This document shows positions 41,346 to 52,079 of a stretch of DNA of 64,000 bases, in pieces. This DNA is from Candidatus Marinacidobacterales bacterium (lineage in GTDB: Bacteria; Acidobacteriota; Vicinamibacteria; Marinacidobacterales; DATDRI01). The position numbers were made by a program, and so were the translations under genes. The DNA is taken from contig CBDCNP010000002.1 in the NCBI GenBank assembly GCA_965219415.1, forward strand, positions 2,912,001-2,976,000, given 5' to 3'. The stretch's first letter is position 1. Each line of letters opens with the position of its first letter. Below the pieces are notes generated by a model. That model was not told the DNA's origin. It worked only from the letters and a program-made list of their open reading frames with translations, and made no database searches.

Positions 41346-42631
41346 TGTCCATCATCATTATTAATCCGGGACTGGACTCTAGGGCCCAGACCGCCCTCGA
41401 GCACATGCTGGAGAGCGTGGTCAGCGCGCGAGGGAAGGTGCTGAGGACAAACTTCTCGGCGACCAGCCGAGTAACGCGAGCGACCAAGCTGACTCAAGCT
41501 GCCTCTCGCCACTCGTATCGATGGTGCAGTCCACCGACTCGCGGCAGTGCGGCTACTTTCGCCGTAGGAGACGGTCGGTGCGTGACCGTTCTCAAGCTCG
41601 GTGTGTCCTTGTTCAGCCCCAAGTGGCAACGGTCCTCATGATAGTAGCTGATGTAAGCTCGCACGAGCCGGATGAGATGACATGCGCCGAGAACCACGAC
41701 GTGCTCAAGGAGCTCGCGACGGCAGCTGCCGACCCACCGCTCCGCGGTTCCGTTTTGCCATGGGCTGCGAAGCGAAGTGCGAACGGGTTTTGTGCCCGTT
41801 GCCTTGATGAACTCGATGACCGCAGCGTTAAAGATGAAGTCGCGATCGAAGATGAGATATCTCGGAGCGGTGTCGTAGGGAAACGCCTCGCGGAGTTGCT
41901 GAATAACCCAAGCAGACGTCGGGTGGAACGTGGCGTTGAAGTGAACGATGTGCCGGCGACCGTGCTCGATGACGAAGAAGCCGTACAGCAGCCGGAGCGA
42001 CGCGGTGGGCACGGTGAACAGATCCATGGCGGCGATATCGTCTTTATGGTTGCGCAAGAAAGCCATCCATCGTTTCAGCTGGTCGGGCTCCGCGGGACGC
42101 CGCGGCAGGTATCGCGACACCGTGCTCTCGGAGATGATGAAACCGAGCTTGGTGAGCTCAGCATGGATGCGTGGCGCCCCCCAGCCGTCTTGCGCCATCG
42201 TGCGGACGAGGCGGCGAATCTCGGCATCAATCCGAGGCCGACCGGGATGGCGGCGCTGCGAGATCTTTGCCCAGTACCGTCGGAATCGGTCGCGATGCCA
42301 ACGGGCTACGGTGTCCGCGTGGACGATGAGCAGGCGGCTCGCCCACACGGGCCACGAACCTCGAAGGGCAACCCAGAAAGCCCGTTCCGTGTCGTCGAGC
42401 GGTGGGCGTGGGCGCTCTTTCTTCAGCGCCGTCACTTGCTGCCGCAAAGCGACGTTCTCCAACACCAGGTCGGCGCGGCGCCGACACATCGCCCGAATGG
42501 CACGGACGCCAAGTGAGACGAGGAAGACAACAACGTTGAGCATAGCGGCGGAGTTTCGCCGTCTTCGGCCCGGAATTCAAGCGGAGCGTAAGTCCTTGAT
42601 TTCGTGGGCGGAGCAGTTTTGACGATGCACA
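41346..42631 (-). mobile_element. IS481-like (rve integrase core) IS, copy 1; transposase 41494-42543
   Basis: TGT-terminated imperfect IRs (TGTGCATCGTCAAAA / TGTCCATCATCATTA); WGAPRIHAEL, MDLF, FDRD, SPWQNGTAERW; near-identical to 54310-55595. Confidence 0.9.
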
Positions 42632-43002
42632 ACCCGAAGGAAACAGCTCCGGAATCGACGGGGCGATGGACCCATCAGACCGCCACGCTGTCGTTTTCGA
42701 ACCCGCAGGCAGACGCGACGTTCTCCCTCGACTACGCCGCACGCGCGCCGCAGACGGTCACGGTCAGCGTCGGCGACCAACTGCTGCAGTCATTCGTCGC
42801 CGATGCATCCGGGCGCCGCCGCCGCCACCGTATTCCCCTCCCCGCAACGGCGCTAGGAAATGGGGACAGGGCTAAGATCCAGATCACTGTGGATCGGACG
42901 TTCGTGCCGGCGAATCTGATCGCGGGCTCACGCGACACCCGCGAACTTGGCATTAAGGTCTATCACGCGGCCGTTGAACGCGACCCCGTCCCAACTCCCT
43001 GA
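42632..43002 (+). pseudogene. C-terminal fragment of a hypothetical beta-sandwich protein
   Basis: WTHQTATLSFSNP...VDRTFVP...DTRELGIKVYH; the 5' part is removed by the IS. Confidence 0.5.
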
Positions 43003-43288
43003 CACGCCAGAATAGAACCCGTCACGTGCTACTCGTGACACCTCCGTGATCGATCATCTTCTTTCTTAGGATTTCCGCCAAAAGCTGGACCACCTTTTGC
43101 CGAGACCGGATAGCTCCAACCTGCACCATCCACGAACGTGACTCAAGCTACGGGGCGCTAACTTTTTTCCCGGTGGGACTCTCTCCCACTGAACATGCCA
43201 GCCTTCGCTGGACGCACTCGTGTCCAAAAACACAAACGAACTCAAGACCCGCAACGCCACTCATCGCCGCGGCCTTGCTTCCTTAGGT

Positions 43289-43795
43289 TTATTCTTTTAC
43301 CGTGATTGTGATGGTTTCGCAGAGGCCGGGCTCGTCCAGGGTCCGGTGCTCGCCGTCTCCGAGCTGGAGCGCGAGCGTGTGCTCACCGGGAGTAAGTTGC
43401 ATTTCGATGACCGCAGAACCGTCCCCGAAGTGAACCCAAGGGTCGGCCTCGGGAATGAGCTCGCCAACGGGAAGGCATTCTGTATCGACACCGATGTGAT
43501 GGTGTCCGGCGCCAGGGTGGACGTCGCCCTTCGGCTCGAGAGTGATGTTCTCGGAGCCGAACTCGAAGGCGACCGGTGATGTGACGACTGCCCCTTGCTC
43601 CGGCTGGATGAACCAGACGCGCGGGGCGCCCGAGCCCTCCATATCCATCTCGTGCTCTGCCTCTTCGGTCGCGGCCTCTTCACCGCTTCCTCCGCCCGAA
43701 GAGCAGGCTGCCGCGAAGCCCATCGCGAATACACAGGTCAATCCGATTGCGCAGGTTCCAAACCAAGTCGCCAGATGGCAGTGATTTTTCGACAT
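43289..43795 (-). CDS. DUF4399-like lipoprotein
   Basis: Lipobox AAAC; GHHHIGVD, HFGDG, LTPGEHTLALQLGDGEH. Confidence 0.8.
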   Translation of the reverse strand: MSKNHCHLATWFGTCAIGLTCVFAMGFAAACSSGGGSGEEAATEEAEHEMDMEGSGAPRVWFIQPEQGAVVTSPVAFEFGSENITLEPKGDVHPGAGHHHIGVDTECLPVGELIPEADPWVHFGDGSAVIEMQLTPGEHTLALQLGDGEHRTLDEPGLCETITITVKE

Positions 43796-43905
43796 TTCTA
43801 GACTCTCCTAATGGTCAGCGTTGTGCACCGTCCGCCTCCGTGCTGGCAGCGGCGGCTGCGCAAGAAGGTACCATCCTAGGGCAAAAAACGCTCTCCCCAC
43901 AAGGT

Positions 43906-44226
43906 CGTCCTGTGCCAAAACTCAGCCCTTTTGAAATAGCCCATAAATCAGCAACTTAGAGTCTGTGTTTGCGGCCGTGCCAAGGGCCGAGCGCGAACAA
44001 ACGACGAAATCATGTAGGCATGGTCCCGGCAAAACCGGAGACCGATCACGTCCTGTGCCAAAACTCGGCCCTTTTGAAATAGCCCATAAATCAGCAACTT
44101 AGAGTCTGTGTTTGCGGCCGTGCCAAGGGCCGAGCGCGAACAAACGACGAGATCATGCAGGCATGGTTCCGGGAGACCGGAGACCGATCAAGTTCGGGGC
44201 GCGCGGATGAATAAATAGAAGGCACA
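43906..44226. mobile_element. MITE-like element (44049-44226) with a tandem partial duplicate (43906-44048)
   Basis: The CGTCCTGTGCC end is joined by internal deletion to the TGTGCCTTC end, keeping the first codons of the transposase. Confidence 0.7.
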
Positions 44227-44725
44227 GGTAGTCTCGACGAAGCTGCAGCTTTCTTGAGGGCCGCAACCGGACCGTGTGTCCTGATCTTGGTTGATGATTT
44301 CATTGGCAGCGGCGGTACGTTCGTCGAAGGCATTAGCGACCTTGAAAGTGCTCTCGGAGGCTCACTGCATGACCACGGACATACGGCGTACGCAGTGGCG
44401 GCGGTTGGCCTTAGGCAGGGCACGGAACACGTCAGCTCAACAACTGGTGTTCAGTGCTTCCTCGGTGAGGAGTTCGGCTCGAACAATCGCGCCTTTTCAC
44501 CAGACAGCGGTATCTTTTCCAGCGACACTGACCGGCGCACGGCAGAGGCGTTGTGCTGCACGATTGGAGAGGCGCTTGAACCAAAGCACCCGCTGGGCTT
44601 CGCCAACTGTCAGAGCCTCATAGTGTTCGAACATCGCTGTCCCAACAACACACTGCCAATTTTCTTATAAGACTGGCAAGAAGTATCAGGGAGCCGATTG
44701 GGTGCCGCTGTTTCCTAGAGGCTGA
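44227..44725 (+). pseudogene. C-terminal fragment of a phosphoribosyltransferase-like (PRTase-CE-like) protein
   Basis: PRPP-loop-like LVDDFIGSGGT, HPLGF...SLIVFEHRCPNNTLPIF; after a frameshift YKTGKKYQGADWVPLFPRG; 5' end cut by a MITE. Confidence 0.65.
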
Positions 44726-44752
44726 ATTTGTCGTAAGTACTCGCCGTGCCCC

Positions 44753-47034
44753 CGTCCTGTGCCAAAACTCGGCCCTTTTGAAATAGGCCATAAATCAGCA
44801 ACTTAGTGTCTGTGTTTGCGACCGAGCCAAGGGCCGTGAGCTTTACAATCGTCTTGGGCGGGCGGGTCGTCACCATGCAGATGATCACCTAGTCGAGAGC
44901 GAATATCGAAGCGTGTGCCTGAAGCTGTTTCCACGCTACGCCGGTCGAGCGCACCGAGGGGCTACCGTCGCCAGCAAACCATCTACGCGGCACGGCAGTA
45001 GTAGTTGAGAATGCCTCCAAGTCGCTCTCGCGACACGATGGGACCAGCGTCAGTCGCGCTTGCCGGCAGAGGTGTGAGGAGCTCGTTGCCGAGACCTTGG
45101 TGGTTCCGTTCTGTGTGATAGTGCACTACGTATTCGGTTACCGCTGTGCGCAGGTGTCGCTCACTGAGAGGTACGAAGCGGTCGAGACACTCTCGACGTA
45201 TGGAGAGAACGAATCTTTCCGCATATGCGTTCAGATTTGACCTTGCCCAGGAAAAGTGGACGGGTTGATTATCTCGCATGAGCAGTTTTGAGATCATGAA
45301 TCCGTTCGAACACCATTGGGCTGTTGTAATCGAGTGACGAGTGGAGTCGATATGGATTGTAGAACCCCTCGATGTAGCTCGCGACCGCGTCTTTGGCCAT
45401 ACGTCGTGTTGGCCAACTACGTCGGTGGAGGAGTTCGGTCTTGAGTGTGCCGAAGAAGCTCTCGGTCACGGCGTTGTCCCAGCAATCACCCTTGCGGCTC
45501 ATCGAGCACACGATGCCGTACTCATCGAGCACGGCCTGGTAGGTCGCAGCCGCGTATTGAGTACCACGGTCTGAATGATGCACCAAGCCACTTTCCGGCA
45601 GGCGGCGCCCCAAGGCTATGTGAAGCGCCTCAAGAGCAAGCTCCGCGCGCAGGTGGGGCTGCATCGCCCAGCCGACGACACGACGCGAGAACAGATCGAG
45701 GATGACCGCCAAGTAGAGCCAGCCTTCCCAAGTCCGGATGAAGGTTATGTCCGTCACCCAGAACTGGTTCGGTCGTTCGGCTTCGAAGTTCCGACCGAGC
45801 ACGTTGGGTGCGACAGGACGATCGTGCTTGCTGTCGGTCGTGCGGCGAAAACGCTTGCTGGGCAGGCCCTGCAGACCCATCTCACGCATCAGCCGTGCCA
45901 CTCGCTGCTTGCCCACCTCGACGTTCTCCCCGTCAAGCTGGCGACGTACACGCTCCCTGCCGTAGGTACCACGGCTATGGGCGTGGATCGCTTGGATGCG
46001 CAGCTTCAGCTTCCCATCCTCACACTGTCGCTTGCTGGGCGCGCGCTTCATCTGAGCGTAGTAGCCGCTGGTCGATACCCTCAGGACTCGGCACATCACC
46101 CGCACCGGGTAGTTGGCCCGCTCCGCGTGAATGAAATTGAATCTCATTCGCTTTCTTTCGCGAAGAAGGCCGCCGCCTTTTTTAATATTTCTCGCTCTTG
46201 CTCCAACGTGCGCACTCGACGTCGTAGCGAACCCAGCTCATCACGTTCCGCCGTCGTCAGAGCCTCGCGTGGACCTTCACCGTGATCAACTTTGTATTGT
46301 TTCACCCAGTTTCGAAGGGATGATTCCGTCAGGTCCAGTTCCTTAGCGACCTGGCCGATGCTGCGCTCGCCTTCCCTGAACAACCGGACCGCTTCCTTCT
46401 TGAACTCCCCCGTGAACTTCCTGCGTCGTCGTTTTCCCATGGACGCCTCCAGGCGCATTGTCGCGCCTCGGTTGGTGTCCACAAAACCCGGGCAGGGCCA
46501 GATTCGGACTATTAGCGGGAAGGCGAAGGGGCTTCACGCCTGAATCTCTCAACAGCCCACGTACCGCCTCGGTGAATAGCGGGTCCCGGTCGTGGATGAG
46601 GTATCGCTTGCCAAGGAGGAAACCATCCCACATGTCCGTGAGGTTTCTTGCCACCTGCTTCATCCACTCCCCGTTGGGGTCCGACGTTATCCCACCGATG
46701 CACACGCAGCGAGTGGCGATATCGATGACAAACAGGACATGGTAGCGGACGAGCCCGAACGGGTTCACCACCTCGACGGTGAGCAGGTCTGTCGCAGCGA
46801 TGGCGCCCCAATGAGCCTTGATGAAGGTGCTCCACGACATGCTCCTGCCCCGCTCCGGCGCAGGAGCGATACCGTGGTCGGCGAGGATCCTCTTGATAGT
46901 GTTGCGTCCGAGTTCATGTCCTAGGTTCTTGAGTGCGCCTCGCAGGCGCGTATATCCCCACGTCGGGTTCTCCCGCGCCACGCGCACAATGAGCTCACGG
47001 ATGTCCTTCGCCGTCGGAGGTCGGCCTGGGCTCC
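44753..47034 (-). mobile_element. rve/IS481-like element (YYCRAA type), interrupted by IS3 and 5'-truncated
   Basis: Transposase pieces 44983-45237 and 46501-47034 (GRPP...[10 protein letters not shown]) rejoin when the IS3 is removed. Confidence 0.85.
45238..46500 (-). mobile_element. Intact IS3-family element (orfA about 46144-46440, orfB 45269-46147)
   Basis: TG...CA ends with IRs, 4-bp target duplication GATT (45234-37 / 46501-04), A6G slippery site at 46177-46183, DDE motifs [20 protein letters not shown]. Confidence 0.93.
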
Positions 47035-47124
47035 CGTCCTGTGCCAAAACTCGGCCCTTTTGAAGTAGACCACAAATCAGCAGCTCAGTGCCTGTGTTTG
47101 CGACCGGACCAAAGGCCGTAGGCT

Positions 47125-47290
47125 GGTGCTTCCGCCATCACGTGTTGGTGAGATGACGCTAAGACTTTACGGTGCATTAAGTTACAGCCAAAATAGCGCT
47201 GGTGACCTTCGCTGCGCGCTAAATAGAGCGTAAGCGCCTTTTTTGCAAAGGGATGCGTACACATTACCAACAGTAAACAGCGCAAGCACC
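47125..47290. mobile_element. 166-bp MITE with GGTGCTTCCGC IRs (copy 2)
   Basis: Homologous end to end with 19361-19526. Confidence 0.75.
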
Positions 47291-47345
47291 GATCAAGGCG
47301 GAATCAACGACGGATCGAGTTTTTGCAGCGCACAGGCGTTGGCGC

Positions 47346-47618
47346 ATGAATCACGTTCGTGCTGTGGTAAACTCCGGTCCGTTGATGCTACTGGTTGCCA
47401 GTCTGATCGATGCCTACTCAGTCATCGTGTTCGTCGCGGCGATCCTCAGCTGGCTTCATCTCCCGCCGAGCGTCCAGGTGGTTCGCATCGCCAGGATGTT
47501 GACCGAGCCGGCTCTGGCGCCGATTCGCAGGCTGGTGCCACCGAAGGGGAGGATCGACTTCTCGCCGTTGATTCTGCTGGTCCTCCTTCAGGTTCTGGGG
47601 CTCGTCGCGTTGGTCTAA
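47346..47618 (+). CDS. YggT-family membrane protein
   Basis: AILSW...LTEPALAPIRRLVP..GRIDFSPLI. Confidence 0.85.
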   Translation: MNHVRAVVNSGPLMLLVASLIDAYSVIVFVAAILSWLHLPPSVQVVRIARMLTEPALAPIRRLVPPKGRIDFSPLILLVLLQVLGLVALV

Positions 47619-47955
47619 GGGACAACGGGGTAAAATTAGTCCACCGGATTCTACGCAGGCGCACGTTCGTCCAATGAGACGCAGCGACGTGTGCCGCCTG
47701 ATCGGGTCGGAGCGTGCCACGCGTTTCGCGTGAGACTACCGCACATGGACGAGGTACACGGCGCGGGACCCCATCCACCTTCGGACCGTCGGGCGCCCTG
47801 TGCCTGTGCCGTGGCGTCCGGCTGCGGCTGCCGGTCCGCGTACGTCGAGATCGAGACGCCGGAAGCTGGTGCCGATCAGCCCACCGCCCCCTTGGTCAAC
47901 CAATGAGATCAGACGACCAGCGAGCGCCGAACGCAGGGCGAGAGAACACTGCGCC

Positions 47956-49311
47956 ATGAGTCACCTGAGCAACCAGTTGCACGAGGACGCCAGAAGGCGG
48001 TTCGAAGAGCTCGGACGGAGTCTACTCGGCCGTGTTGCTACATTCCGAGATCCCCCTTCTCGGGCACGCCCTGCTTTCTCGCCAAATGTCTTCACCGGGC
48101 CACAGCTTACGGACGCAGACATCGACGGCGATGTGCATCTTGGCTGGCGGGACCGCCAAGGGAAGCCAACAGGCATCGCCGTCGCCGAGGCGGGAGGCTT
48201 GCGCACTGGTCTGATCGGACCCGATTACGAGAAGCTGGAGGCCCTCGCGTTGTCGATGGCCAGGGTCCGGCCGTTCAAGTCAACAGCGAGCGTCGAGTTC
48301 ATGCGCACGCAGCTCTTCGAATGGGTGAAAGAGCGCCACCGTGGAGAGGGTTCCGCGGGGTGCGTGGACTACCTCTTGCGGGCGTGGGAGAGCGGGGCGG
48401 CGGAACATCGACTGCTCGTTCCGGTGTCCGACCTTCACGTGCAGTCCCCACTGACGCTCGGCTCGGTTACGGTGTCGACGTTTCCGGAGAGCATCTTCGA
48501 GGAGCTTGAATCCAAGCAGACTCACGGCCCGTCTGCCGAAGCGCATGCTGAGTGGTGTCGGTCGATGCGCAGAGACTTCCAGGGTATCACCGTTGCGGAG
48601 ACGCGCGTTTTCGCAGAACCGATTCGAGCGCAAGAAATCGCCAGTGACCGAGTCGAGTTGGCGGTCGGTGTGCTTCGCTTCTTCACGCCCCCTGGGGTTA
48701 CATCAAGGGTTGCTCGCTGGGGTTACGCACCTCGGCGGATCGACCGGGTCTTCATTACCGACCCTACGGGGAAGTTCTTGAGCACCTCCGAGGCGATCAT
48801 TGACCACCCAGGGACCATGGAACTTAGCGACGACCTGCGTGACATTTTGCTCGATGTCGGCCTCTCGGAAGTTCGCGATATCCTCGCGCGTTCCTCACGA
48901 ACCGACTTCGAGGAGACACTTCTGTTGGGTATGGTCACGTTCGGTCGGGCGGCACTCACGCCAGATCTCAGAGAGAAGATGATCTGGTACTGCGCCGGGT
49001 TGGAGTCGATTCTGCTTCGAGACAGTTCGGAGCCGATTCTTCACAACTTGAGCGAACGATTAGCGATGTTTGCCTATGACACGGTGGAGGAGCGGACGGT
49101 TGCCTTGAAGGAGGTTAAGGCGGCCTATTCACTTCGGTCACGGTTCGTTCATCACGGCGCTGAGATCGAAGAGGGTGAGGTTGTGACCCGATTCGCTCAT
49201 CACGGCCTTCAGGTTTTTCTCCGAATCGCTAAGAATGTCCACCATTTCAGCGGCAAGGTGGAGTTTGTCGAACATATTGACCGCATGAAACTCTCGGGTG
49301 CCTCGCAGTGA
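47956..49311 (+). CDS. HEPN-domain protein (ApeA-like)
   Basis: C-terminal GLESIL...LSERLA...AYSLRSRFVHHG (RxxxxH); ATG at 47956. Confidence 0.72.
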   Translation: MSHLSNQLHEDARRRFEELGRSLLGRVATFRDPPSRARPAFSPNVFTGPQLTDADIDGDVHLGWRDRQGKPTGIAVAEAGGLRTGLIGPDYEKLEALALSMARVRPFKSTASVEFMRTQLFEWVKERHRGEGSAGCVDYLLRAWESGAAEHRLLVPVSDLHVQSPLTLGSVTVSTFPESIFEELESKQTHGPSAEAHAEWCRSMRRDFQGITVAETRVFAEPIRAQEIASDRVELAVGVLRFFTPPGVTSRVARWGYAPRRIDRVFITDPTGKFLSTSEAIIDHPGTMELSDDLRDILLDVGLSEVRDILARSSRTDFEETLLLGMVTFGRAALTPDLREKMIWYCAGLESILLRDSSEPILHNLSERLAMFAYDTVEERTVALKEVKAAYSLRSRFVHHGAEIEEGEVVTRFAHHGLQVFLRIAKNVHHFSGKVEFVEHIDRMKLSGASQ

Positions 49312-49651
49312 CTGCTTTCGCTTGCCAGTTGCCGATTTGGCTTCCGTCGGTTCACTCAGTGCCTCAGTCAGCTAGTTCGCTCTCCGTCTATCCCCGTCCT
49401 GTGCCAAAACTCGGCCCAGCCGGCATCGACGAAAGAACTGCGCCTCTCGAAATCAGGCTAAAACTCTAAGCACGCGAACAGGTTACGCGGCGGCCGCCAA
49501 CACTTGACTGCGGAAGCACCCATCGGTGCATCGGTTGCGTGTCCTTCATCGGTGCTTCCGCCATCAAGTGATGGAATGGACTCCTCCACTGACATAGACG
49601 GCATCGATGTGCCAAAGTCAGTCGAATACGCATCGAAAAGGAGGAGTCCAA

Positions 49652-50683
49652 ATGAAAGATACGACAATCGCTGTGGATCTTGCAAAGAACGTCTTCGAGA
49701 TTGCCATCTCGGGAGAAGCGGGGAAGGTGTCCAAGCAACTCCGTGTGAGTCGACCCAAATTGGTGTCGTTCTTTGCCAAACAGAGCGCTGCCACCGTGCT
49801 TCTCGAAGCCTGCGGCTCGGCTCACTTCTGGGCAAGGACGTTCCGAAGGTTGGGACACGACGTCGTCCTGCTCCCACCTCACCTCGTGAGGCCGTATCGA
49901 CGCGGGAGCAAGAACGACCGCGCCGACACGAAGGCGTTGCTCGAGGCCTACAGGAACGAGGAGCTTCTTCCCGTACCCATCAAGTCCGTGCACCAGCACA
50001 CCCTCGCTGCGCTCCATCGCCTGCGCTCAGGATGGCTCTCCACACGGACCGCACGCATCAATGCCGTACGCGGGCTCCTGCGCGAACTCGGATTCATCAT
50101 CCCAAAGGGCGCTCACTTCGTCGTGCCCGCCCTCTTCGAACTCGTCGAAGACGCTGATTCTGATTTGCCCGACGTGCTCCGTTCGCATCTCCGTGATGCC
50201 TGCTCCGAGATTCGAGAACTCAAGGACAAGTGCGCTAGCATCGAGCACGAGCTCAAGGCGCTCACCAAGCAGCTTCCTGAAGTCCAACGACTTCTCGCCA
50301 TTCCCGGCATCGGACTTCTGGCCGCGACCGCCATCGTGGGCTTCGTCGGCGATCTTCGCCGCTTCCCATCGGGGCGCCGCTTCTCGAGCTACCTCGGCCT
50401 AGTTCCCAAGGAAAACTCCAGTGGCGACATTCGCCGCCTCGGACGCATCACCAAGCGTGGCGACTCCTACCTCCGTATGCTCCTCACCCAGGGCGGGCGC
50501 GCCGTGCTCCGCGCGGCGAACGTCAGCAAGAGCCCGCCCGACAAGCTCCGCGCCTGGGCTCGGAAGGTCCACCGCTCGCGGGGACACAACAAGGCCGTGA
50601 TTGCTGTCGCCAACAAACTCGCCCGGATCGTCTGGGCCGTCTCCACCCGCGAGAGTGAATTCCAGTCGCCGGTGGCCGCTTAG
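49652..50683 (+). CDS. IS110 DEDD recombinase
   Basis: AVDLAK, EACG, KNDRAD, IPGIG, SYLGLVPKENSSG, AVANKLAR; AGGAGG RBS. Confidence 0.93.
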   Translation: MKDTTIAVDLAKNVFEIAISGEAGKVSKQLRVSRPKLVSFFAKQSAATVLLEACGSAHFWARTFRRLGHDVVLLPPHLVRPYRRGSKNDRADTKALLEAYRNEELLPVPIKSVHQHTLAALHRLRSGWLSTRTARINAVRGLLRELGFIIPKGAHFVVPALFELVEDADSDLPDVLRSHLRDACSEIRELKDKCASIEHELKALTKQLPEVQRLLAIPGIGLLAATAIVGFVGDLRRFPSGRRFSSYLGLVPKENSSGDIRRLGRITKRGDSYLRMLLTQGGRAVLRAANVSKSPPDKLRAWARKVHRSRGHNKAVIAVANKLARIVWAVSTRESEFQSPVAA

Positions 50684-50729
50684 ATTTAGAGGCTCCACTT
50701 TCGTGTTTTCCTTTTTCCCTTCCAAAAGA

Positions 50730-50915
50730 GGCTGCGACGATACCCATCCAACTGATGGCGTACCGGTCGGACCGGCGCGGGGTCAAGCCAATAGCAACAC
50801 TGGCCCTAAGAGGTCGTTCAAAGTGATTGGCTCCTCGCGCGCGGATTTTCCATCATGGCCCGGAGCACCCAAGACGCTCCTCACTGAGGCCGAAGATACG
50901 TTTGCAGTCTGACCC
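50730..50915 (+). ncRNA. Putative bridge RNA/seekRNA of the IS1111 element
   Basis: Contains TAGCAACAC (reverse complement of target GTGTTGCTA), CAAAGTG, TTCCATCAT (reverse complement of donor junction ATGATGGAA) and AGATACG. Boundaries are approximate. Confidence 0.65.
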
Positions 50916-51353
50916 ACTCGTCACGACGCGATGGATGCGCAGCTTCGATGGAAGATTTATTAAGAAAGGGGCGTGACTAGAAAGAAAGGGGCTTGACTAG
51001 AGGAGTCCAGATATGTTGCTACGCCGTATTTTGAATGCTAATGTCAGCTGGCCTGCCTGTGTCGGCGAACGCCATTAATAAGGATGTCGGCGTGCACACG
51101 AAGGTGTCCCTGAACGTCAGGCACCGTGTGGCCAGCCCAGCCCCGCATCGCCGAAAGAACTGCGTCTCCCGAAATCAGGCTCAAACTCTAGCACACGAGC
51201 GGGTTACGCGGCAGCCACCAACACTTGATTGCGGAAGCACCACCGATTCGAGGGGCGCGCGATCTGGCTGCCGAAGACTGAGGCCGAGCGACCCAATCGA
51301 GAGTTTCTTGAATGGCACGGCGACAGTGTCTTTCGAGGGTGAGGGAACATGCC

Positions 51354-52067
51354 ATGACTTGGATTGCTGGCGTCGATGGCTGCAAGGCAGGCTGGGTCGT
51401 CGTCCGGCTCGAGCTGGATTCTCGTAGCATAGCGATTGACGTCGTGGACGGGATCTCCGTGGTTCTCGACTCGGAGAACCCGCCCGAGATTCTGTGTATC
51501 GATGTTCCGATCGGACTTCTGGACGAGGCGGTTCGTGGGGGGCGAGAGTGCGACAAAGCGGCGAGAAAACTTCTTGGAAGCCCTCGTTCGAGTAGCGTCT
51601 TTTCGGCTCCAGCACGCCCGGCTCTCAAGGGCCGAAGCTTCGAGGAAGCGCTTCGTCTGAATCGCGAATCGTCCGCGCACGCCGTGGGTATCAGTCAACA
51701 GTGCTTCGGTATCATTCCTAAGATTCGGGAAGTCGACGACTACATGACTCCTGAACTGCAGGGGCGGGTTGTTGAGGTCCATCCCGAGCTGGTCTTTTAC
51801 GAAATGAGTGGTGGCAAATCGGTCAAAGAGGGCAAGAAGTCCAAAGGGGGCCTTGCACATCGGCTGGAGTTGTTGGCAGAGGCTTTCGACTTCAACGCGT
51901 CGGAGCTAGTGGAGAATCACCGGAGCTCGAAAGTGGCTCGGGACGATATCGTGGACGCAATGGCCGCGTGTTGGACCGCGGAGCGCATTTTGAAAGGGGA
52001 AGAGGTCCGCGTGCCCAACGAGCCCGTTCTGGATTCGAAAGGGTTGCTGATGGAAATCGTGCGCTAG
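51354..52067 (+). CDS. DUF429 (RNase H-like predicted nuclease) protein
   Basis: AGVDGCKAGW, IDVPIGL, RECD..AR, EVHPELVF, DDIVDA. Confidence 0.85.
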   Translation: MTWIAGVDGCKAGWVVVRLELDSRSIAIDVVDGISVVLDSENPPEILCIDVPIGLLDEAVRGGRECDKAARKLLGSPRSSSVFSAPARPALKGRSFEEALRLNRESSAHAVGISQQCFGIIPKIREVDDYMTPELQGRVVEVHPELVFYEMSGGKSVKEGKKSKGGLAHRLELLAEAFDFNASELVENHRSSKVARDDIVDAMAACWTAERILKGEEVRVPNEPVLDSKGLLMEIVR

Positions 52068-52079
52068 TCTCCTTCAGTC

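Larger units (their letters stand above)
49569..51015 (+). mobile_element. IS110-family, IS1111-type element
   Basis: Sub-terminal IRs TGGACTCCTC (49577-86) and GAGGAGTCCA (51000-09); TG core at both junctions; long downstream non-coding region. Confidence 0.88.

Noticed and set aside
41346-41487. N-terminal extension MVARVTRLVAEK of the 521-aa ORF
   Set aside because: It derives from the IS right end read into the truncated sulfatase-TPR gene, so it is a chance fusion.
43906-44226. Tandem 143-bp repeat read as a CRISPR array
   Set aside because: Only two long units, no unique spacers and no cas genes; both units are IS-end derivatives.
49494-49572. GCCAACACTTGA...TCAAGTG(TTG) palindrome read as an integron attC site targeted by IS1111
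   Set aside because: The arms occur separately as termini of 166-bp MITEs, so this is two back-to-back MITE ends. No extrahelical-base pattern, integrase or cassette array was seen.
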